From contig CAWDWO010000032.1 of the NCBI GenBank assembly GCA_963806035.1, positions 33,243-97,242 of the forward strand: a stretch of 64,000 bases of DNA. Reading direction: 5' to 3'. Within the stretch, counting starts at the first letter, position 1. Each line of letters starts with the position of its first letter. Below the pieces are notes generated by a model. It was not told the DNA's origin. It did not search any database and saw only the letters and a program-made list of their open reading frames with translations. The stretch comes from Candidatus Krumholzibacteriota bacterium. GTDB lineage: Bacteria > Krumholzibacteriota > Krumholzibacteriia > JAJRXK01. A program made the translations under genes and the position numbers. This document shows positions 10,133 to 18,310 of the stretch, one piece after another.

Positions 10133-11371
10133 ATGAAGGCTGTTCAGCTGAACGAGGGCGTGGGGATCGCCCTGTCGAGCCTGCGTGTCAACAAGCTGCG
10201 CACCTTTCTCACCCTGCTCGGGAACATCGTCGGCGTCATGTCGGTCATCGCGGTGGTGTCGCTGCTGGACGGCATCGACCACTACGCGCGGCAGAAGGTT
10301 CTGGAAGAGGGCAGCGGTGTCTTCAGCATCGAGCGCGTCAACGGACTGCAGTTCATCACCGACGTCGATGCCTTCATGGACTCCCTCTACAACCCCAAGC
10401 TCACTCTGAAGGACGTCGACTATCTGCGCGAACACGTGCCCGCAGCCGCGGCGGTGGGCGCCAAGCAGTCCACCAATACTTTGGTGCAGTGGCGGGACGA
10501 ACGCCTGGAAGACATCGAGGTCGATGGGCGCACCGAAGTCTATCCCGCGATCGAGGACATGCCTCTGAAGGAGGGGCGCCATCTGGCGCGGCTGGACGTG
10601 GAGCGCTCGCGGGCGGTGTGCGTGCTGGGCTACGAGATCGCCCAGAAGCTGTTTGGAGGGGACCGCGACCCGGTGGGCCAGAGGATCAAGATCGCCGACC
10701 GGCGCTACACGGTGATCGGCGTCCTCGCCAAGCGGGGAACCGTGCTCGGCAGCAGCCGCGACCGCTTCGTCATCATTCCGGTGACCACCTGGCAGAAGGT
10801 CTTCTCCGCGCGCCGCAGCGTGGAGATCCGGATCAAGGCCAAGGATGTGAACCAGGTCGCGTTGGCCATCGACGAGGCGAGCGTGGCGCTGCGCATTCGT
10901 CATCGATTGCATCCCGCGCAGAACAACGACTTCGCCATCGTGACCAGCGCGATTCTCCTGGAGCTGTGGCAGAAGATTCAGGGCTACATTCGCAAGGTTC
11001 TGGTGGCGACGGTCAGCATCAGTCTCATCGTGGGCGGGATCGTGCTCATGAACGTGATGTTGGTGTCGGTGACCGACCGCACCCGCGAGATCGGGGTCCG
11101 CAAGGCGCTGGGTGCCACCCGCACCAACATCCTCTGGCAGTTCCTGGTGGAGGCGGTCACCCTGAGCGTGGTGGGCGGCATCCTGGGAACTTTCATCGGC
11201 TTCGTTCTGGCGCTCCTGGTGAGCCTGCTCACGCCCATCCCGTCCAGCATCCAATTGCAGGCGGTGGGCCTGGGCATCGGCGTCACCCTGGTGCTGGGCA
11301 TTCTCTTTGGAACCATTCCCGCGCACAAGGCGAGCCAACTCGATCCGGTGGAGGCGTTGCGGCATGAGTGA
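10133..11371 (+). CDS. ABC transporter permease (MacB/FtsX family)
   Basis: NKLRTFLTLLG, VGGIVLMNVMLVSVTDRTREIGVRKALGA and C-terminal LDPVEALRHE. Confidence 0.92.
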   Translation: MKAVQLNEGVGIALSSLRVNKLRTFLTLLGNIVGVMSVIAVVSLLDGIDHYARQKVLEEGSGVFSIERVNGLQFITDVDAFMDSLYNPKLTLKDVDYLREHVPAAAAVGAKQSTNTLVQWRDERLEDIEVDGRTEVYPAIEDMPLKEGRHLARLDVERSRAVCVLGYEIAQKLFGGDRDPVGQRIKIADRRYTVIGVLAKRGTVLGSSRDRFVIIPVTTWQKVFSARRSVEIRIKAKDVNQVALAIDEASVALRIRHRLHPAQNNDFAIVTSAILLELWQKIQGYIRKVLVATVSISLIVGGIVLMNVMLVSVTDRTREIGVRKALGATRTNILWQFLVEAVTLSVVGGILGTFIGFVLALLVSLLTPIPSSIQLQAVGLGIGVTLVLGILFGTIPAHKASQLDPVEALRHE

Positions 11372-12620
11372 TCGCGGCCGTTGGCGCCAGCTCTCCGGCG
11401 AGAACCTGCGCATCGCCTTCGAGGCCCTGCGCGCGCAGCGCATGCGCTCGCTGCTGCTCATTTTGGGCGTGTCCATCGGCACCGCCACTCTTCTGGCCAT
11501 GATCTCCCTTCTCTTTGGCCTGAAGGAAAAACTGCGCGAGGACATCGTCTCGGCGAACCAGCCCTACCTCACCATTTCCAAGTTCGACTTTCTCGACGCG
11601 AAGGAGGCCAAAGAGGCCGCGAACCGGCGCGACTTCACGGTGTACGATTACGAGGAGTTGAAGGCGAGAGCCAAGACTCTGGACACGGTGGTGTACACCC
11701 ACGAGCTGGGCCAGGGAGTGGCTCCCCCCATGCTGTTTCGCGGCAAGGAACGCTCGGAGTTCATCTGGGTCTGGGGTTCGTCTCAGGGCGCGACCGAAAT
11801 CTTCAGCATGAAGATCGCGCTGGGGCGCTTTCTCAACTTCGATGACATCCAGCGCCGCCGCCGCGTGATCGTGTTGGGCTACGGTCCCTGGCAGCAACTC
11901 TTTCCCCACGCCGATCCTCTGGGGAAGGAGGTGCGCGTGGGCAACGAACGCTACCGGGTGATCGGTGTGTTTCAAGAGCGCAAGCACATCACGGGGCGCC
12001 TGGGTGAGAACTACGCCACCGTTCCCTACACCACCTTCGAAAAAGATTTCGCCACCGATCACGACCAGATCACGATGCAGGCCACGGTGCGCCGTGGCTT
12101 CACCCTCGATCAGGCCAAGAGCGAGGTCATCGCCATCATGCGGCAGCTGCGCGGGCTGCGTCCCGGACAGAAGAACGACTTCGCGGTGGTGGAGAGTCGA
12201 ACTCTGCAAAAGCTGCTCGATTCGCTCACCATGGGGGTGATGCTCGCGCTGGTGGTGCTCTCCTCCATTGGACTTCTGGTGGGAGGCATCGGGGTGATGA
12301 ACATGTTCCTGATCTCGGTGAGCGAGCGCACGCGCGAGGTCGGGGTGCGCCGGGCTCTGGGGGCGCGCCGGGGCGACGTGCTGCGCCAGTTCCTGGCCGA
12401 AGCCACGGTACTCACCGGACTGGGGGGAATCGCGGGCGCGATTCTGGGATACCTCTTGGCCCGTGGTCTCAACCAGCAGCTCAGCTTCCCCTTCTACTTC
12501 AAAGCGTGGATGTTGGCGCTCGCCCTGGGTTTTTCTATGATGGTTGGACTCATTTTCGGAGCGTATCCGGCCCGTCGCGCGGCGCGGATGCAAATCACCG
12601 ATGCACTCAGAAACGAATAG
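11364..12620 (+). CDS. ABC transporter permease (MacB/FtsX family)
   Basis: RMRSLLLILGV, VGGIGVMNMFLISVSERTREVGVRRALGA and ITDALRNE. Confidence 0.92.
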   Translation: MSDRGRWRQLSGENLRIAFEALRAQRMRSLLLILGVSIGTATLLAMISLLFGLKEKLREDIVSANQPYLTISKFDFLDAKEAKEAANRRDFTVYDYEELKARAKTLDTVVYTHELGQGVAPPMLFRGKERSEFIWVWGSSQGATEIFSMKIALGRFLNFDDIQRRRRVIVLGYGPWQQLFPHADPLGKEVRVGNERYRVIGVFQERKHITGRLGENYATVPYTTFEKDFATDHDQITMQATVRRGFTLDQAKSEVIAIMRQLRGLRPGQKNDFAVVESRTLQKLLDSLTMGVMLALVVLSSIGLLVGGIGVMNMFLISVSERTREVGVRRALGARRGDVLRQFLAEATVLTGLGGIAGAILGYLLARGLNQQLSFPFYFKAWMLALALGFSMMVGLIFGAYPARRAARMQITDALRNE

Positions 12621-12628
12621 GTTCATGT

Positions 12629-13702
12629 ATGTCGTCGAAAGGTCTCGTCCTCGTTCTCGCGATCGCTTGTTTGGTCTTTGTGGGGGGATGCGCTTCCACC
12701 GGCGGTATGCCACAACCCGGCATGGGACTCTACCCCGCCTTTGACGCGCCGCGCATCGCGGAGAAGGGCTATCCCAACGATCTCAATCAGCCCTACTGGT
12801 GGCCGGCGGGCTCTCAGGGCGAGTGGGGAATTCTCTACGATGACGAGGGCGTCCCCTACGGGCCCAACACCTACTACCACTTCAAGACGCGTCTGGATCA
12901 TCCCGACCTCGTGGTCACCGACAGCACCATGACCGGCAGGTGGTTCACGGTCAATCGCAGCGCGGGTGTGCGCGAGGAAATGACGGGTCGCTGGCTCGAA
13001 TTGCACGACCTCTTCCACGAGGACATGAAGGACGCGCTGCACTTCAAGCCCGAAGGGAAGATCCAGATTTACGCTGCTCCCACCCTGATCGACTACAAGC
13101 GCGTGACCGGCAAGGATTTCTGGGTCACCCAGGTGGTGGACGGCCCTTTCATCGCCTACGAACCCATCGGGATTCTGTGGACGCGAACCCTGGCCCTGCA
13201 CGCCATTCGCAACGGGGTTGCGACCTCATTCTTGGACATGAAGTGTCACGGAAACTTGCCCCATTGGTTGCGCTCGGGACTCGCGAGCTATCTCGCCGAG
13301 GAAGGCGGGGTGCTCGAGGACTTCATGAATCAGTTCCGCAGCTATCGCCCGGTGCTTCTCTCTTCGCGGGAAGTCGTGCGTACCATCTATCCGCTCACCG
13401 ACAAGGAGAGCGGCCGCATCGCGCAGTACAACGCCTTCCTCATGGCGTGGCATCTGGCGCAGGACTACGGCTGGGACAAAGTGGTGCAGCTGCTCGACCT
13501 CCTGCAGCAAGGGGCGCTCTTCGAGGAAGCGGTGCCTCAGGTGTACGGGGTGGGCGTGCCGCGTCTGCTCGAGCTTCTGGATCCGCAGACGCTGGGGGAC
13601 CCGGGCGCGCCGAAGAGCGAGAGCCCCGCGGCGCCCGCAACAAAGCCTGATTCCGCGCCGCAGTCGGGAGCCACGATGCAGTCGAAGGGCGGTGGCCGAT
13701 GA
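12629..13702 (+). CDS. Putative lipoprotein, possibly a degenerate peptidase MA-like fold
   Basis: Signal peptide with VGGC lipobox; P.WL..GLA.YL.E resembles the MA-like gluzincin helix, but no HEXXH is visible. Confidence 0.6.
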   Translation: MSSKGLVLVLAIACLVFVGGCASTGGMPQPGMGLYPAFDAPRIAEKGYPNDLNQPYWWPAGSQGEWGILYDDEGVPYGPNTYYHFKTRLDHPDLVVTDSTMTGRWFTVNRSAGVREEMTGRWLELHDLFHEDMKDALHFKPEGKIQIYAAPTLIDYKRVTGKDFWVTQVVDGPFIAYEPIGILWTRTLALHAIRNGVATSFLDMKCHGNLPHWLRSGLASYLAEEGGVLEDFMNQFRSYRPVLLSSREVVRTIYPLTDKESGRIAQYNAFLMAWHLAQDYGWDKVVQLLDLLQQGALFEEAVPQVYGVGVPRLLELLDPQTLGDPGAPKSESPAAPATKPDSAPQSGATMQSKGGGR

Positions 13703-15144
13703 ACCACATCCGCGTTCGCTTCGCCCCCAGTCCCACCGGCACCCTGCACGTCGGCGGCGCCCGCACTGCCATCTTCAACTGGCTCTACGCGCGCTCGCAG
13801 CAGGGCGTCTTCATCCTGCGCATCGAGGACACCGATCAAGAGCGCTCCACCGAGGACAGTCATCAACAGATCCTGCGCGCGCTTCAGTGGCTGGATCTGG
13901 ACTACGACGAGGGTCCGGGAGTGGGCGGAGAATTCGGTCCCTACGTGCAGAGCGAGCGCCGCGAAATTTACGATGACTACGCGCAGCAGATGCTCGACAA
14001 GGGCCTGGCCTACCGCTGTTACTGCACGCCGGAGGAGCTCGATGCGATGCGTAAGAAAGCGATCGCCGAGGGCCGGCAGAAAATCTACGAGCGCGTCTGT
14101 CGCGATCTCACTGCCGAGGAGCGCGAGGCCCGCGAGGCGGAGGGCCGCAGCTCGGTGATCCGGGTGCGCATGCCCGACGAGGGCTCGATCAAGTGGACCG
14201 ACATCGTGCACGGGGACACCGAGTTCGAGTGCGCGGTGCTGGACGACTGGGTGGCGGTCAAGAGCGACGGCTTTCCCACCTACAACTTCGCCTGCGTGGT
14301 GGACGACGGGCTGATGCAGATCAGCCACGTACTGCGCGGCGACGATCACATCAGCAATACCCCGCGGCAGATTCACCTCTTCAATGCTTTCGGCTTCAAG
14401 CTGCCCAAGTTCGGACACTTGCCGATGATTCTGGGGCCGGACAAGCAGAGGTTGAGCAAGCGCCACGGCGCGGCGAGCGTGGAGGAATTCCGCGAGGAAG
14501 GTTATCTGTCGCAGGCTCTGGTGAACTACCTCGCGCTCCTGGGTTGGAATCCGGGCAGCCCGCAGGAAGTTTTCGAGATGCCCCAGCTCATCAAATCGTT
14601 TTCCTTGAAACGCCTGAACAACACCGCCGCCGTCTTCGATCCCGAGAAGTGCCGCTACATCAACGCCCAGCACATGAAGAATCTCGACGATCAGCAGCGC
14701 GCGGCGCTGGTGTGGCCGCGTCTGGTCAAGGCGGGGTTGGTCAAGAGAGAGGACGAGACGGCGCGCGCGAAGCTGAAGGAAGTCGTCAAGATCATGGGCG
14801 CGCGCATCAGCTTTTTGGGCGAGGCGGCCGAGCGTCTGGCGTGCTACTTCAGCGAGGAGTATCCGCGCGATCCGGAGACCGAAGAGAGTCTGGACGCGGA
14901 GGCGGTGGAGCGGCTCCGCGAGCTGGGGCGGCGGGTGGAAGCGCTGGACGAGTTCAGTTCTGCCGCGCTGGAGGCGCTCATGCGGGCCTATGCCGAGGAG
15001 TTGGGCGTGAAGCTGGGCGAGCTGGTGCACCCCACGCGCGCGGCCCTGACCGGCCAGAAGGTGGGGCCGAGCCTGTTTGCCAGCATGGAGGTGCTGGGCA
15101 AGGGGACGGTGGTGAAACGCTTGCTCGGCGCGGAGGCGAGCTGA
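13699..15144 (+). CDS. gltX: Glutamate--tRNA ligase
   Basis: RFAPSPTG.LHVGG, LRIEDTD, CYC zinc knuckle, RGDDH and RLSKR. Confidence 0.96.
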   Translation: MNHIRVRFAPSPTGTLHVGGARTAIFNWLYARSQQGVFILRIEDTDQERSTEDSHQQILRALQWLDLDYDEGPGVGGEFGPYVQSERREIYDDYAQQMLDKGLAYRCYCTPEELDAMRKKAIAEGRQKIYERVCRDLTAEEREAREAEGRSSVIRVRMPDEGSIKWTDIVHGDTEFECAVLDDWVAVKSDGFPTYNFACVVDDGLMQISHVLRGDDHISNTPRQIHLFNAFGFKLPKFGHLPMILGPDKQRLSKRHGAASVEEFREEGYLSQALVNYLALLGWNPGSPQEVFEMPQLIKSFSLKRLNNTAAVFDPEKCRYINAQHMKNLDDQQRAALVWPRLVKAGLVKREDETARAKLKEVVKIMGARISFLGEAAERLACYFSEEYPRDPETEESLDAEAVERLRELGRRVEALDEFSSAALEALMRAYAEELGVKLGELVHPTRAALTGQKVGPSLFASMEVLGKGTVVKRLLGAEAS

Positions 15145-15238
15145 CTTCGAATCGGCGTTCGGTGCGCGGAGGGCCCTGAATCGCGGCGCGGCGCATCGTA
15201 GCTTGCCAAGCGGGCCCCTCTTGTCTAATTATTGACGC

Positions 15239-15511
15239 TCATTGCCCGGTCGTCCAACGGCAGGACAACTGACTCTGGCTCAGTCGATGGGGGTTCGAAT
15301 CCTCCCCGGGCAACCACATTTTTGGCGCGAAAGAGCCCAGCTTCGGCTGGGCTTTTTCGTTGGGGGGAGACAAGCTCACGGTTTCGGAAGTCACGGAAGT
15401 CACGGAAGTCACGGAGGCATCGGTGTCGGTTTCCACGGGGGGCGGTGCGCCCGAGGCGCAGGCGCTGAGCGTGAAGGCGCCGATGAGGATCCACGAGAGG
15501 AGACGATGCAC
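15239..15511 (-). CDS. Small putative lipoprotein, possibly 3'-truncated; the ORF runs antisense through tRNA-Gln
   Basis: GGAG RBS, GTG start, signal MHRLLSWILIGAFTLSAC with LSAC lipobox, and (VTS)n from a 9-bp tandem repeat near 15384-15416. Confidence 0.45.
   Translation of the reverse strand: MHRLLSWILIGAFTLSACASGAPPPVETDTDASVTSVTSVTSETVSLSPPNEKAQPKLGSFAPKMWLPGEDSNPHRLSQSQLSCRWTTGQ
15243..15316 (+). tRNA. tRNA-Gln(CUG)
   Basis: TGCCCGG..ACTGA-CT-CTG-GC-TCAGT..GGGGG-TTCGAAT-CCTCC-CCGGGCA-A-CCA. Confidence 0.95.
15333..15358 (+). terminator. Intrinsic terminator after tRNA-Gln
   Basis: agcccagc-ttcg-gctgggct followed by a T-tract. Confidence 0.85.
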
Positions 15512-15614
15512 TCTGACTCCAGTCAGTAATCAAAACGTAGATGGTCTGTGATTGGTTCGATCCATCGCACGCCGCGCGGAGGTTCTCTTTTTCTTCTGCC
15601 TCACGGCCCGTCGA

Positions 15615-15634
15615 TTTTATAGCCGGCTATAAAA
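15615..15634. promoter_or_regulatory. Perfect 20-bp palindrome TTTTATAGCCGGCTATAAAA
   Basis: Read directly; it shares the core TRTASCCGGSTAYA with the downstream tandem repeats. Confidence 0.6.
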
Positions 15635-15709
15635 ATTGGGTCTCGGTTGAGCGCTTGCCAAGGCTCGGGTTTCGATTCTCCAGCGGGCTGCCTTCGTGGG
15701 GCCCGTCGA

Positions 15710-15829
15710 GAGTGTACCCGGGTATACGGCTGCGCGGCTGATCGAGTGTACCCGGGTATACGGCTGCGCGCCTGATCGAGTGTACCCGGCTACACCGCTG
15801 CACGGCTCACCGAGTGTACCCGGCTACAC
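15710..15829. repeat. 34-bp tandem repeat (about 3.5 copies), each with a palindromic core GTGTACCCGGSTAYAC
   Basis: Units start at 15710, 15744, 15778 and 15812: gagtgtacccgggtatacggctgcgcggctgatc and variants. Confidence 0.9.
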
Positions 15830-15877
15830 AGAGCACCGTCACGCTGAGAGCAAAAGAGCGCGCCGGCGCGAATTCCC

Positions 15878-15911
15878 CGCGGGAGATTTTCGTTCTCGCC
15901 AAATGATCAGG
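15878..15911 (+). promoter_or_regulatory. Candidate ECF-sigma promoter (copy 1, upstream of the secreted pair)
   Basis: cgcgggagattttcgttctcgccaaatgatcagg aligns without gaps at 22/34 to 20914-20947. Confidence 0.5.
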
Positions 15912-15963
15912 GGCAAGCGGCCCCGATGAGTTCCCCCCGGTGCCGATCGAGGAGGAAGCGGAG

Positions 15964-16500
15964 ATGTTCCGACGCTTCCTGGTCCTGCTCAGCCTGACAG
16001 CATTCTTCGCGATCGCCCTGGGGGCCGTTGCGCCGGCGCAGCACGAACTCAAGCGCGAGTTCCTCGGTGCCGGCGGCCGCAAGGCCGTTCGCCTGGACCG
16101 AGAGCTTCGCCACAGCGTGGGCCAACCGATCACCGGCAGGTCCAGCAGGCCAGAGCGCATCGTGCGTCACGGCTTCTGGGCAAAGAAAAACTCGGGTACG
16201 GCCACCGCGGTCCTAGATCCGACGCCCACGCTGCCCAAGAGCACTCGCCTGGACCAGAACCATCCCAATCCCTTCAACCCCCGCACCACCATCAGCTACG
16301 CGCTTCCTGCGGACGGACACGTCTTGCTCAGCCTCTATGACGTCCGTGGACGGCGCGTGGCCACCCTGGTGAACCAAGACCAGAGTGCGGGAGAACACAG
16401 TCTCGTCTTCGCTCCCAATGATTTGGCGAGCGGAGTCTATTTCTACCAACTCAAGGCTCCCGGTTTCGAGCAAGTCCGGCGCCTGGTCCTGGCGCGCTGA
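15964..16500 (+). CDS. Small secreted protein with C-terminal secretion/sorting (T9SS-A/FlgD-like Ig) domain
   Basis: Signal peptide; G.GG...SVGQP.....GFW N-domain; LDQNHPNPFNPRTTISY...LYDVRGRRVATLV...LASGVYFYQL C-terminal domain. Confidence 0.85.
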   Translation: MFRRFLVLLSLTAFFAIALGAVAPAQHELKREFLGAGGRKAVRLDRELRHSVGQPITGRSSRPERIVRHGFWAKKNSGTATAVLDPTPTLPKSTRLDQNHPNPFNPRTTISYALPADGHVLLSLYDVRGRRVATLVNQDQSAGEHSLVFAPNDLASGVYFYQLKAPGFEQVRRLVLAR

Positions 16501-16532
16501 CGCGCCGCTACGTCTTGCGAAAGGAGAAGCCC

Positions 16533-18291
16533 ATGCGCCGGTTTGCATTTTTCAGACACCTCTCTTCGGGGCCGTTCCTCGGAGTGTTCACCTTCCTCGG
16601 GATGCTCGCGTTCCTCGGGATGCTCGCGCCTCTCAGCGCACTCACCCCCCTGGCTAACTTGGCCTCCCCCGCCCACGCCGCGGTTCCTGAGACCATCGGC
16701 TGGCAGGGGATCGTCGAAGACGGCAGCGGCACCGCGCTGCAGGGAAGTCACACCCTCGTCTTCCGTCTCTACGACGATCCTTCCGCGGGGACCAAGTTGT
16801 GGGAAGAGACGCAAGTCCTCGATCTGGTGGACGGCCTCGCCGAAGCCACCCTGGGTTCTGTCGACTTCGCTCGGCTCGGTCGACTTCGACCAGAGCCTGT
16901 GGTTGGCGCTCACGGTGGACGGCGGCAGCGAGCTCAGCCCGCGCAGTGAACTCAGTGCGGTGCCCTACGCCCTGGCCGTCGACGATCAGGCCGCGGTGAA
17001 GACCCTCAACGGTCTCACGGGCGCGGTGAATCTGGTGGGTGGAACCAACGTCAGCGTGGTGCCCAATGGCAACGACCTCACCATCAACGCCACAGGCGGC
17101 GGAGGCGCCGACGGTGACTGGAACATCAACGGCAACGACCTCACCCTCGGAGTCAGTGGCAACGTCGGAGTGGGAGAGACCAGTCCCGAGCACAAGCTGG
17201 ATCTGCACACTCCCATCGAAGTGCCCGTCTCGATGCGCATGCGCTCGGGAGGATCGTGGTCGCTGGTCATGGAGCAGAGTCCCCAGAGTGTGTTCTCGAT
17301 CACCAACGGCGGTTCGCAGCGCCTGGCGATCGAACCCAACGGTCAGGTGGGCATCGGCACCACTGCGCCTGACGCGCTTCTGCACCTGAACTCCTCCAGC
17401 CAGCCCAACGAGATCCTCCTGGGGCGCGACACGGGCACCGGCGCCGCGCCTTTCGAGGACCTGGGCGTGCGCCTGAGTCCTTCGAAGTTGGAGTTCACTC
17501 GCTGGTACGATCTGGGCGAGTCGGGCGTGGGTCTGGCCCACGGAGGAATCTACTCCACCGGCCTGGCGTGGGTACTCGACGGCATCTCCGGCACCGCGGC
17601 CGGCTTCAACGTCGGCGGAGGGCTGGGCGCGAAGGACATCATCAATCTGAACGGGAGCGGTAACGACGTCGACATCCGTTTTCACAACGGTGCCGGGGTC
17701 AAGTGGTACTTGCGCAACTCGGTCTCCGACGGGGACGACTTCGTGATCCGCGCCGGTAGCAACAGTCTGCCCGCCATTCAGATCGACTACGACACCCGCA
17801 ACTCGGTCTTCGGCGGCGCGGTGACGCCCTCTGCGGGAAGCCTGTTCACCCTGGGAACTTCCAGCAAGCGCTGGAGCGTGGTCTACGCGATGGCGGTGGA
17901 CACGCCGTCGGACCGCCGTCTCAAGAAGGACATCGCGGACCTGGATTACGGGCTCGACGAACTGATGAAGCTGCGTCCGGTGAGTTTCAGCTGGAAGAAG
18001 CTGCCGCAGCGCGGACGACAGCTGGGGCTCATTGCCCAGGAGCTGCGCGAAGTCCTGCCCGAGATCGTCCACGAAGGCGACGATGCACAGAAGAGTCTGA
18101 GCGTGGAGTACGACCAGTTGATTCCCGTGCTCATCGCTTCGCTGCAGGAACAACAGAAGCAGATCGAAAGCCAGAGAGAAGAACTCGCGCGCCAGGGTGA
18201 AGCCCTCAGCGCCCTGCGACTGCAGGTGGCCGCGCAGACGACGGCCAAGGAAGTTGATGCGAGCGTCGTCGCGGCGAGCGTAAAGCGTTAA
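16533..18291 (+). CDS. Secreted fibre-like protein with C-terminal peptidase S74 intramolecular chaperone; +1 frameshift near 16863
   Basis: Signal peptide; VPETIGWQG..FRLYDD..LWEETQ N-domain; G.VG.G..P..L repeats; SDRRLKKDI..LRPVSFSW..LGLIAQE..YDQLIPVL followed by a coiled coil. Frames 16515+ and 16543+ join at LGSV/TSLGSVDFD. Confidence 0.85.
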
Positions 18292-18310
18292 ACGAGAGGA
18301 GCGCTGCCGC

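Noticed and set aside
15710..15829. Possible mini CRISPR array
   Set aside because: The period is only 34 bp, the linkers are near-identical rather than unique spacers, and there are no cas genes in the window.
16533..18291. Prophage tail gene or prophage region
   Set aside because: The protein has a Sec signal, and no structural, packaging, lysis or integrase genes or att duplication were seen.
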